NCBI GenBank assembly: GCA_964016885.1
Contig: OZ024740.1
Location: forward strand, 106,888,001 to 106,952,000
Source: Eledone cirrhosa
Lineage: Eukaryota
Length of the DNA: 64,000 nucleotides
Direction: 5' to 3'
The translations under genes were made by a program, and so were the position numbers. How positions within the stretch are numbered: position 1 is the stretch's first letter; the number at the start of each line of letters is the position of its first letter. Below are positions 38,894-50,228 of this stretch, in pieces. The notes under the pieces are model-generated. The model saw only the letters and a list, made by a program, of their open reading frames with translations. It was not told the origin of the DNA and did no database searches.

Positions 38894-39077
38894 GGGTGGA
38901 TTGGCAGTATCGGTAGAGGATCGGACGCCATGCTTTGACGTATAGAGTTACGGCCCTTGCTATTCTGAGTTCAAATCCTACCTAGGTTAACTTTGCCTTT
39001 CATCCTTACGGGGTCGATAAAATAAAGTACCAGCAATGCACTGGGTAATTGCTGGCCTTGTGCCAAAAGTAGAAACA
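38894..39077 (+). mobile_element. Young SINE copy with ATTATAATTT(G) target-site duplication, inside a TTAA-CCCT-type MITE remnant (~38785-39245)
   Basis: TSD at 38884-38893 and 39078-39088; the host element resembles 50790-51040. Confidence 0.75.
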
Positions 39078-39919
39078 ATTATAATTTGATGTAAAAACCT
39101 TTGTTAAGTTATATTCCAAACACCATTTTAAAAATGAGAAAATTAATTATATTATTAAATCCCTCCAAATTCTTGATTATTTTCAAAATTATTGACAATC
39201 ATAGGTATGGTCGTTCATTAGAAATACGGTAAAGAAAGAATTAATTAAGAAAATCTACTATAATTTAATGAAAACAATATGTTGTTAAGTTATTCTCCAA
39301 ATACCAGTTTAATCATTCTTTCTAATATTGGCACAAAGCCAAGAATATTGGGAAAAGAGGAAAGTCAATTACATCGACCCAGTACGTTACTGGTACTTTA
39401 GTTTATCGACCCCAGAAGAATATAAGGCTAACCTCGACAAGATTTGAACTCACACGAGCTTAATAATGGTTTCTTATTTAGGCACAAGGCCAGTAATTTG
39501 GGGGGGGGGGGTGGAATCGATTAAATCGAATGAAAATAATTTTTGAAATTATTTAACAATTATCTTTCATATGGTAACGAAAGAAGCAGCTCTTACACAC
39601 AACAATTTCTCTCGGCTCACTTCTCTTAACATTTCTATTTATAATATTTAATATTCTATTATATCATTTAAAAGGTCACACATATACGGTGCAATTGTCT
39701 TTTTCGTATAACTCTATGGCATCAAAGACAGCTTGTAGCCAATAAACTCATTTTGACAATATTTAGATTTGTATGCTAAGTGTTTCCTTCCTTTATAAAG
39801 GCTCATGTCAAAGAAATGTCGTAATATTTGTAGAGAGTAGATATTGATGATTTCAATTGATGGTTCACGTGCCTTCCATTCATGAAAATAACCTGCATTG
39901 ACCGATTGACCAGTATATA

Positions 39920-39998
39920 CAGGGTGTCCCCCCAAAATGTATACACACTTTGATTAGAATGCTGTTGAAGTGTGTATACATGTTGGGGGGACACCCTG
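39920..39998. mobile_element. 79-bp Tc1/mariner-type MITE
   Basis: TA-CAGGGTGTCCCCCCAAAATGTATACACACTT...AAGTGTGTATACATGTTGGGGGGACACCCTG-TA. Confidence 0.85.
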
Positions 39999-40047
39999 TA
40001 TATATATATATAAGTACGTTTGCTTTGAAACAGCAAGCGAGTTTGAA

Positions 40048-40250
40048 AATAGAAAATAGAAGCCCTCGTCGCATTTTTTGACTACAGAAATTTTAGCCCG
40101 ACAGCGGGATCTAGAACCCTCCAAGAAATGGAAAAAGATGAGTATTGACGTACAATATCCATCTTTTTCCATTTCTTGGGGGATTCTAGATCCCGCTGTC
40201 GGGCTAAAATTTCTGTAGTAAAAAATGCGACAAGGGCTTCTATTTTCTAT
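40048..40250. repeat. Fold-back inverted repeat, about 95-bp arms
   Basis: ATAGAAAATAGAAGCCCT...GCGGGATCTAGAA..CCAAGAAATGGAAAAAGATG mirrored around ~40150. Confidence 0.9.
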
Positions 40251-40619
40251 ATATTGTCTACTATCGCATCGTATTCGCCATGGTACTTGCAGACTAGACC
40301 CGAGTGCTACCATTCTATTGTACAGCAATTCGAGACAGATTTTCTCTAATAAACGATTTTTTTACTCACTTGTTAATTTGTGTTTGACTTGACATATGTT
40401 AGTGAGTCCTTATGGAGGGGGGGGGGGGGGGAGAATGGAATTTCAACTCCTACAATCACGTAAATTTCTGAACGAGTGGCCAATTGGTTGACTCTTTTTT
40501 GTTAACGCGTAGGGATTTCAGTTACTAATGTACTACTGTGTCGCCTGTCGCATTTACTGCCATAGGCGGCACGGACTGGAATCGAATTCTGTCGATCGAT
40601 TAGTTATTGATTAGGCGAG

Positions 40620-40724
40620 ACCCGCTGATGAAGCACCGATTATGCGTTGTTGCATGATTATGCAAACAATAGATGCCGTACGCTCTCTTGCTGCATTAAG
40701 TGTGGTCGAAACTCGAGTACGGGT
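40620..40724 (+). ncRNA. Type I hammerhead ribozyme with long stem II
   Basis: ACCCG-CTGATGA-[76 nt]-GAAA-CTCGAG(palindrome)-TA-CGGGT. Confidence 0.78.
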
Positions 40725-41766
40725 ATAGATTTAGACTACCCAATTACGTGTGTTGTATTGAGGCAATTAACTTTGTGTCTATCTGGGATTTTTACATAAC
40801 CTTACTTATTGAGTAAGCTGAGATGCAACCAGTACTAATTAGTTAATTTTGGTTAAGTTGTAGTTTTGAAGCATCTGGTGAGCTATTTCAAGCTTTCCTC
40901 TGAACCTCTAGCCTTTTTAACGCTATGATTGAACTGGCTACCTTTCAAAGCAGAATACACGTGTTTTTTTGTTGTTTTTTTTGGCTGGTGAAGTTAGTCA
41001 TCTTTTTAGATTTCGTACCAACACAAGTCAATTCATTTGAATTCCCTTGCATACTTGTAAGGCAATGCTTACTGATGAAGAAATGTCTTAATTCACTGAT
41101 TAACCATTTTAATTATGGTAATTAATATTTTTTCTTTGTCGTCCGAAATAACGGGATAAGCAATTATAATTGGATTTACTAATTATCATTTAAGAAAAAT
41201 TGCGTTGTCTTTAATTGTATTTTTTCTTACTGTGCTTTGTTTTACTAAATACTTCAATAATATTGTATAAATGATGCTCTATAAATTTGGATTTTCATTG
41301 AGCTTTTTCTGGTATAATTGGATTGAGATAATTTATTTCGATCTATATTTTATTATATATACGTGTGAGGGGGGCACGTGCGTGTGTGTGTGTGTCCATG
41401 TGTATGTATAGGTAAGTCAGTGATTTACTCTATTTTTTTGTGAAATCACCAGGTCTGACGATCATATCGATGCTGGAGTCGTATCAATAGCTTACATAGC
41501 GGTCCTTGAGCCAGTCATCTGTGAAACGTACGTAACAGGATGGAAGAATACTAAAAATATGCAGAGTTATTTTGAATTGTTGTATAGCAGAGGTTCTCAA
41601 AGTGAGCGTTACTGTCCTCCTCCTCCTCCCCGGAGGAGCCGTTGAGAAGGTCCAGGGGTCGCTGGGGCCTAAGGGAGCGGTGTGGGTTGGCAGTAGAGAT
41701 GATATAATAGTATATTAAATATCAAATGATACATATTATATATATATATATATATATATAGTAATT

Positions 41767-41942
41767 GTTTCTACTTTTGGCACAAGGCCAGCAATTTCCC
41801 AGTGTATTACTGGTACTTTATTTTATCGACCCCGTAAGGATGAAAGGCAAAGTTAACCTCGGCGGGATTTGAACTCAGAATGGCAAGGGCCGTAACTCTA
41901 TGCGTCAAAGCATGGCGTCCGACCCTCTACCGATACTGCCAA
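41767..41942 (-). mobile_element. Young SINE copy (same subfamily as 38894-39077)
   Basis: Near-identical inverted match to 38894-39077; ATAGTAAT on both flanks. Confidence 0.8.
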
Positions 41943-42024
41943 TAGTAATAATAATAAATTTGAAGACTAACATCCATATTTTAATAAATATATATATATA
42001 TATTTATATATATAGTAAACTAAA

Positions 42025-42240
42025 AATATTGTTATATTTGGGGAGGGTCATATTTGCGTAATATTGCCAGAATTAATAACAGAACACACTCACTGTTTGG
42101 TTGGTTTTCGCTTCTCGCTGTCTTTTATATATATATATCTGCGATCTAACTTACTCGGTCCTCAATGTTGCCATTGACTGACCGGCGGTCAAAAATAATA
42201 CAGATACAATATAGACAAACACATATATATATAGTTTACA
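42025..42240 (-). mobile_element. PLE 3'-end fragment homologous to the arms of the 53.3-54.65 kb palindrome
   Basis: TTGTTATA.TTGGGGAGGGTCATATTTG...CTCGGTCCTCAATGTTGCCATTGACTGACCG shared with 53305-53505. Confidence 0.8.
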
Positions 42241-42604
42241 TAATATATATATTTATAGTATATATATAAATTAATGATTTTAATTATTATATATTTTTTA
42301 CAATTTGTGTAGAGGCGGGTCTTTCTGGGAATAGGATTTGGGGCACTGAGGGTATTACGTGGCCGTAAGGGGGGGGGGGGGGATATTTGATAACCTCTGT
42401 TGTAGAGTATAATTCTTTGCCAAAAATCTGAGATAATCCACCGAAAAAGTAAATAGTTCATTGAATGTTTTAATGGTGTGGCCTGCTATGACATGAACGT
42501 ATTTCCGTTTGATCTAAGAGGGTTGGCTGGTGTACTTAGAGTTGATCTCATCACAGTTTTGTCCAAGAACCACTCATAGAAATTAGTTTTATGAACAAAG
42601 TATA

Positions 42605-43143
42605 CGAGGGTCAGCTGAAAAGTTCATAAGCTGACTGTGAAGAGTTGACGCTAAAGCTGTGAAATAATGCATGCATTAATTTCAACTGTGAAAGCGGTTG
42701 GCTTAGTGGTTCTGAGTTCGATTCTTGGATCGGGCGATGCGTTGTGTCCTTGAGCAAGACACTTTATTGCACATTGCTCCAGTTTACTCAGCTGTAGAAA
42801 TGAGTTGCGACGTCACTGGTGTCAAGCTGTATCGACAATTGCTTTTCCATTTGACATCACCGGTGGCATGGAGAGGCGAGGCTGGTATGCATGGGCGACT
42901 GCTAGTCTTCCACAAACAGCTTTGCCCGGACCTGTGCCTCGGAGGGAAACTTTCTAGGTGCAAATCACATGGCCATTCGAGACCGAAGGGGGTTTTTACC
43001 CTAATTTCAACTCTTCTTATTAATAGCTGCATTGTTTCTTTCCAAGGACTATTTTGAAAAATAAACATTATTTGATCATTCCATGAGAGTATCTTGGTCA
43101 GTCTATGAATTTTTTAGCCTATGAACTTTTCAGCCGACCCTCG
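42605..43143. mobile_element. Mariner-type MITE interrupted by a SINE
   Basis: TA-CGAGGGTCAGCTGAAAAGTTCATA...TATGAACTTTTCAGCCGACCCTCG-TA; uninterrupted relative at 55354-55536. Confidence 0.85.
42688..43001 (+). mobile_element. Full-length tRNA-derived SINE with 11-bp TSD TAATTTCAACT
   Basis: TGGCTTAGTGG A-box, GTTCGATTC B-box; TSD at 42677-42687 and 43002-43012. Confidence 0.85.
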
Positions 43144-43561
43144 TATAGTGGAATATTTTACGCATTGACCTTCGTTTGGTCCGTGTACTCAACTATATGG
43201 TCATTTCTTAAGATCAGTGCTTTCATACTCATGATATACGTTGTATATTGTAATGGATAACAATGACATACGCAGGCTTCAAGGATGCCACACAAATATT
43301 TAGAAATATTTGACGTCAGCGGTTGTAGATGTTTTATATAAAGTGTTTAAATAATGGGATTGTAAGGGAAGTAAGTACCCAACCTAAGATAAAATAGTCC
43401 TTGATAAATCTATGTCAAGATACCTCACTTACAAAGGCCATTTTATTGACATACTGCTTAGTCATCTATCGCATATATACACACACACACATATATATGT
43501 CCCTAGGCTCTGATACCATCAACACTTTAAACGCAGAACTGGCATATCTAAGAACTGACTA

Positions 43562-43617
43562 ACTGCCTGATGAGGTCATAGCCATTCAATGGCTATCATC
43601 GAAATATATATAGCAGT
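43562..43617 (+). ncRNA. Type I hammerhead ribozyme, PLE-type minimal form
   Basis: ACTGC-CTGATGA-GGTcATAGCCATT-c-AATGGCTATcATC-GAAA-TATATA(palindrome)-TA-GCAGT, then AATAAA and (TA)n 45 nt later. Confidence 0.88.
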
Positions 43618-43661
43618 AAATAAAGGATTATGAGTTCATGCAATTGACTTATGTTTCGTCA

Positions 43662-43664
43662 CTA

Positions 43665-43734
<70 letters not shown>

Positions 43735-43740
43735 CATACA

Positions 43741-43778
<38 letters not shown>

Positions 43779-43784
43779 CATACA

Positions 43785-43842
<58 letters not shown>

Positions 43843-43854
43843 CATACATATATG

Positions 43855-43886
<32 letters not shown>

Positions 43887-43902
43887 TTAACATACATATA
43901 TG

Positions 43903-43981
<79 letters not shown>

Positions 43982-43990
43982 ATATATATA
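43662..43990. repeat. Compound (TA)n array punctuated by TTAACATACATATATG
   Basis: Seen directly; the same punctuation recurs at ~47696 and ~50035. Confidence 0.95.
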
Positions 43991-44556
43991 AATATACTAC
44001 TACTACAACATCTTTGGCTACTGCTATTTCAAGGAATTTACCTTCTAATACCAGAACAAGAACTCTCCCTCCCACAGTCCACAAAGGTCGTCAAAACCTA
44101 CTCAAACCATCATCTACACCTCTCACAACACACACACCCACATACCCACCCACTCGAAACCCCATCATTTGCCGCTACTCTCTACGCTATAGAATATGTA
44201 CGGATAGTGGCTGCAAATTCACCCATTTACCTAGGACAAAACGATCTATCCCCACAAACAGCCACCACCATAATACATACTCTAATTTAACACCAACACA
44301 ACCGCCAATAACTCAAACAAGGAATCCACAAATCTGCCGCTTTTCCCTGCGAGACAGATTGTGTTTAGACCGGGATTGTCCCTTTACCCATCTCCCGGGG
44401 ACCCGTCGGACAAATGAAAATAAAATTAAAAATAAAAGCAAAAACAAAAACCATAACCTACATAAAAATAACCACTACCACAGTCACCAACAGTCTTCTA
44501 AACAGGAAACTTCTTCCTCTTTTTTAGCCATAATGAATCTGGCAAAAGACAATTAA
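43991..44556 (+). CDS. LINE ORF1 C-terminal part with two CCCH-type zinc fingers (5'-truncated, no ATG at its start)
   Basis: [19 protein letters not shown] and [19 protein letters not shown] (C-x8-C-x4-C-x3-H twice). Confidence 0.75.
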
Positions 44557-47541
44557 ACAACACACCAAAACAATTAAAACCATCCACTCTCGCCTCTACA
44601 TTTTTGCTTAACGCCCAAGGCATCAGCCCTTCCACCAATACTCAAAAATGGAAGATCAAATTCCTGGAGGACTGGATTGATGTCCATCCAAACCACATCC
44701 CTTTCTTCGTCCTCACTGAAACCCATCTCAGTAACCTCCACTTGGAAGCCGAGGTGAAAGTGACAAATTTCAAAGCCATCCGTGCTGATTGCGCTGGCAG
44801 AAGAAAGGGCGGGACTGCCATTTATGTTCATAATTCTTTCTCAACAGAGGCTATGAACATATTCACTAATGGATACTGTGAAGCAGTCACTGTATTCAGT
44901 CAAACCAACAACCTAATAGTAGTTGGGCTCTATAGGCCACCCCAAACGCCTGTACCATGCTTCAAGGAATGCCTCAACAGCATAAAGTGTTTCATCCAAC
45001 AGTGTCACCCTGACAACATCTTAATGATGGGGGACTTCAACCTCCCCGGAGTTGACTGGTCCACAAACAGCCTGCCACCAGGTTCTTCTGCCTCAACCTC
45101 TGACAGGGAAGCAGTGGAATCGCTTCTTGACTTCATGGATGATTTCTTCCTATCCCAACTGGTGCTCGAACCAACGAGGTGCCACAAAAACGTCCTAGAC
45201 TTAATTTTCAGCAATCACACTGACAATATCCACAATATTGCAGTGGAGAAAACTCTACTCTCTGATCATGACATGGTTCTCTGTGATCTGAGATTCCACC
45301 GTCCAATATACAAACCCAATGTCATCTCTCCTGTCCATCCGTTTGACGCTATGGATTTCCACAATGCAAACTGGGAAGCGATCAGTCATGATCTTGCACA
45401 TGTCGACTGGTCCTTCACGCACACTCATACACCCACTAACATCAAAAAGTCCTGGCAGACATTTGTGGACACTGTTACAAACATATGTGCAACACGCACC
45501 CCATTAAGAACTATAAACAAATCTAAGAGCAGAATCCCTAGAAATAGAAAAACGCTCATCAGAAAAATTAAGAGAACGAACAAAAAAATCAACAAACTGA
45601 AATACTGTCAGCAGCAACACATCAACTTGACTGCCATTTCATCACTAGAGATTAAAAAACATAACCTCCAAAACAACATAATGTCCCTCATCAACAATCA
45701 GAGAAGAGCTGAAGAGGCCTGGGCCATTGAGAAGATCAAACTCAATCCCAAAGTGTTCTTTTCATTTGCAAAAAAACACAAAATCACTGGCTCTACTGTT
45801 GGCCCTCTAATTGATGAAAATGGCACTCTTCAAGACAATGCTAAAACCATGGGTGAGATACTGCAGAAACAATACTGCTCTGTTTTCAGCAATCCTGATA
45901 TGGCCGATCTGGGCTGTATCGGCGATGTTACTCCCCATTACACCTTATCGGACATAACGTTTGGCGCCCCTGATGTCTTAGCGGCAATAAAGGAAATCAA
46001 GCATAATTCAGCAGTAGGTCCCGATAGGTTCCCTGCTTGTGTCTTGAAGGCGTGTCAACACCAACTTGCATCTCCTCTTGCCAATCTGTGGCGGAACTCA
46101 CTGGATGCTGGATATGTGCCAGAAAACCTTCTATCCCAGTCTGTTGTCCCAGTTTTCAAAAAGGGAAACAAATCCCTTGCCGTGAATTACCGTCCAATCT
46201 CACTCACCTCTCATATCATTAAGGTATTTGAGAGAGTGGTGAGATCGCGAATGACCCACTTCCTTGAGAGTAACAATATGCTGAACTCCAACCAGCATGG
46301 ATTCCGTAATGGAAGGGATTGCCTGACGCAGCTACTGCATCACTTTGATGACATTTTGAGAGCCTTGGGAGAGGGTTCCAAGACTGATGTTATCTACCTT
46401 GATTTCAGCAAGGCCTTTGACAGGGTTGATCATAATATTCTACTGAGAAAGCTGTCCAATATTGGTGTCACTGGAAAGCTGCTGCAGTCGATCAAGAGCT
46501 TCCTGTCAAATAGAACCCAACATGTTGTAGTTGAAGGAGTCAAATCCAGCCCAGCCAAAGTCAGTAGTGGGGTCCCACAAGGCACTGTGTTGGGCCCACT
46601 TCTCTTCATCATCTATATTAATGACATCACTGACATCATCAAACACAGCAACATTAAAATTTTCGCTGATGATTCCAAGCTCCAAAAGGTCATCAATGGC
46701 GTGGATGACCGGATAAGCCTTCAGTCAGACCTACTGGCTGTTACCCAATGGGCGGAAAAGAACAACATGTTACTGAACGAAGACAAATTCGAACTGATCC
46801 ACTTTGGAAAAGAGGATGCTCTGAAACTCCCTTCCCTCCGGGGAAACTCTCGTGGCATCTAACAACATCAGAGACTTGGGAGTAACCGTGGACAGCAACA
46901 TAAGCTGGGCCACGCATATAAGCAGCAAAGTTGACATGGCCCGCAGAATGTGTTCCTGGATCCTCAGAACCTTCCAGTCGAGAGATTCCCACACCATTAT
47001 CCTTCTCTTCTCTACTTTCGCCCGACCACACCTTGAATACTGTTGTCCACTGTGGTCTCCCCACACGAAACAAAGTATCATGAAACTTGAAGCTCCTCAA
47101 AGGGCAATCACGAAAAAGATAGATGGCATGTCAGACCTTGACTACTGGGGTCGACTAGAAAACCTGAAACTTTATTCACTCCAACGTCGCCGTGAGCGTT
47201 ATATTATCTGCATGATGTGGAAAATGTTCCATCATCACTGCCCAAATGATGTTGGCATCGCCTTCAAGATACACCCAAGGCTTGGGCCCCGTGCTATCCG
47301 TCCCATTCAAAAATCTAAATCGCAACTCATAACAACAATACGGCACGATTATTTCACCTCAATCGGCCCTGCTCTCTTCAACATCACACCAGGACACGTC
47401 AAAACAGAAACTGACCACACAAAATTCAAGAAGTCTTTGGACAAATTCCTCCAAGTAATCCCGGACAAACCACCCACACCCGGATATGTCTCCGCAAACA
47501 GTAATTCTCTTCTCGAATGGGCCATGGTGCCCAAATCCTGA
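44502..47541 (+). pseudogene. CR1-group ORF2: APE (LNAQG, LTETH, GGTAIY, YRPP, MGDFN, LDLIF, SDH) and RT (YRPISL, KAFDRV, GVPQGTVLGP, FADD, RDLGV, LEYC, SLQRRR); one frameshift near 46830-46860
   Basis: ORFs 44604-46862 and 46852-47541; the frame is open upstream to 44502. Confidence 0.92.
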
Positions 47542-47633
47542 ATTGAAAGACTTCGCCAGGTGGTGCTATTAAGTTAGACATGGCCTGGGCCAATACTGGC
47601 CAAAACATTTCAAAGTTATTCAAGTTATATATA

Positions 47634-47693
<60 letters not shown>

Positions 47694-47762
47694 TATATTA
47701 ACATACGTATATGTATATGTATATATATTTTAAAAAAATAGAGGTGTAACACACGAGTTGTG

Positions 47763-48128
47763 ATATATTAGTAAAAGGAAAAGAAAATGCTGACAAATTT
47801 TTCCCAGTGAAAAATAGTTTAATTAGGAATAAGTATTGGTTAGTATACAGTTTTAGTTTTAAGTTTTTACCGGTTGCGCATTTCTAATGCTTTTCAAAAA
47901 TAATTTTGAGAGAGAGCGCTCGTGATGTTTGAGCAAATCCTATTCCCAGAGCAAATATAACGAGCGCTCTATCTCAAAATTATTTTTGAAAAGCATTAGA
48001 AATGCGCAACCGGTAAAAACTTAAAACTAAAACTGAATACTAACCAATACTTATTACTAACTTATACTTATTCCTAATTAAACTATTTTTCACTGGGAAA
48101 AATTTGTCAGCATTTTCTTTTCCTTTTA

Positions 48129-48136
<8 letters not shown>
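47763..48136. repeat. Fold-back inverted repeat (about 160-180-bp arms) ending in (TA)n, each arm with a hammerhead-like motif
   Basis: ATATATTAGTAAAAGGAAAAGAAAATGCTGAC...GAGCGCTCGT / ACGAGCGCTC...GTCAGCATTTTCTTTTCCTTTTACTAATATAT. Confidence 0.92.
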
Positions 48137-48220
<84 letters not shown>

Positions 48221-48230
48221 TGTGTACCTG

Positions 48231-48268
<38 letters not shown>

Positions 48269-48379
48269 TACTACTGTACGTCTGTATACATATATATATG
48301 TACGTATACATACATACTTACATTTAAGTAAGTGCCGTACTAAGAGTGAGAAATGAAATTTCGTTTCATCCTATTTCAA

Positions 48380-48414
<35 letters not shown>

Positions 48415-48419
48415 GCATA

Positions 48420-49989
48420 CACGCATACATTTATTTTTTTAATTTCAATTGAGTTCTTAACACGTTGGATTGATAACGTTTTTGAAAAAACTAATTAACC
48501 CGCGTGTATATTATTTTTTTATTTTCTCGTGAATCGTGGTTGTCTCCCTTTCCCGCTTCGTGACACTATAATACTTCCTCAGTCAAAAACTGCTGGAATT
48601 TCAAATTTGGCGGTCATTCGATGCGTGAGGGAGCAGCTTAGCAGACACGATTTTTAACTGCGGTAAGAATTTTTTCTTATATCAAAGTTTAATGGGCTTC
48701 CACATAAGTGCCCACCTAAATATATTCTTACATGAATATATGTTAGGCTTCTACATAAACTGGAAACATTCTCCCAATTTGTAGAAAACTTATAATGAAA
48801 CAATTGTTTGGAAAGAGAGATATATTTTAACTTTAATTATATCTCATAAAATAATACAACTGGCTTTCCACAAAATACATATAGTTAGCACCCCAAACAC
48901 TTAAATTGGGTTCTACTAACATATAACCTAATGTTTGTTGAGTGAGATGGTTACCAGTCAGAGTTTAGCTTTAAGCTATCTTTGTTATTGTATTAAATAT
49001 TGTACTCTTGATTGGCCAGAGGTATTTTTTCCAGGTACCTTATAAATATGACTTTCCGTATTTACTACTGTTATGTGATATGGTGGTTTTTTGGTTGTCA
49101 CTTCTCTGTTTTTAGCCTAAGAAAATATATATATGCCTGTGTAAATAATTACATGCATACATTTATTTTTTTTTAATTAATTGAGTTCTTAACACGTGGA
49201 ATTGATATTAGTTTTGAAATAACTAATTAACCCGCGTCTATTTAATATTTTACTCTTAATTCGGCCAGAGATTTACATTCCCAATTGCCATTTAAAGCGT
49301 ACCTTTCCGTATTTACTACGGTTATGAGATGCGGTTTGTTATTCAGGTACGACTTCTGTTTTTAGCCTAAGAAAATATCTATATGCGTGTGTAATTAATA
49401 CACGTATACATTTATTTTTTTAATTTCAATTGAGTTCTTAACACGTTGGATTGATAACGTTTTTGAAAAAACTAATTAACCCGCGTGTATATTATTTTTT
49501 CTTTTCTCGTGAATCGTAGTTGTCTCCCTTTCCCGCTTCGTGACGCTATAATACTTCCTCAGTCAAAAACTGCTGGAATTTCAAATTTGGCGGTCATTCG
49601 ATGCGTGAGGGAGCAGCTTAGCAGACACGATTTTTAACTGCGGTAAGAATTTTTTCTTATATCAAAGTTTAATGGGCTTCCACTGAAGATTTATAAGTGC
49701 CCACCTAAATATATTCTTACATGAATATATGTTAGGCTTCTACATAAACTGGAAACATTCTCCCAATTTGTAGAAAACTTATAATGAAACAATTGTTTGG
49801 AAAGAGAGATATATTTTAACTTTAATTATATCTCATAAAATAATACAACTGGCTTTCCACAAAATACATATAGTTAGCACCCCAAACACTTAAATTGGGT
49901 TATACTAACATATAACCTAATGTTTATTGAGTGAGATGGTTACCAGTCAGAGTTTAGCTTTAAGCTATCTTTGTTATTGTATTAAATAT
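48420..49989. repeat. Two near-identical ~580-bp direct repeats (48420-49000, 49400-49989) around a spacer of diverged subrepeats, embedded in (TA)n
   Basis: Long identical stretches, a 9-bp indel (TGAAGATTT) and few substitutions. Confidence 0.92.
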
Positions 49990-50049
49990 ACATATATATA
50001 TATATATACGCATATATATATATATATATATATATTAACATACATATAC

Positions 50050-50166
<117 letters not shown>

Positions 50167-50177
50167 CATACATATAC

Positions 50178-50228
<51 letters not shown>

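Larger units (their letters stand above)
41588..42399. mobile_element. hAT (Charlie-like) non-autonomous element carrying nested insertions
   Basis: Ends CAGAGGTTCTCAAA / TTTGATAACCTCTG; 8-bp TSD TTGTATAG / TTGTAGAG. Confidence 0.75.
43991..47625 (+). mobile_element. CR1-group LINE inserted in (TA)n
   Basis: ORF1 remnant and APE-RT ORF2; short 3' UTR ending (TTCAA(A)GTTA)2; (TA)n on both sides. Confidence 0.9.

Noticed and set aside
42688-42730. tRNA gene
   Set aside because: A/B boxes only, no cloverleaf; it is a SINE head
48525-48590. CTGAGGA...GAAG hammerhead-like string (minus strand) in the 580-bp repeat
   Set aside because: GAAA core altered; no coherent stem III or cleavage triplet
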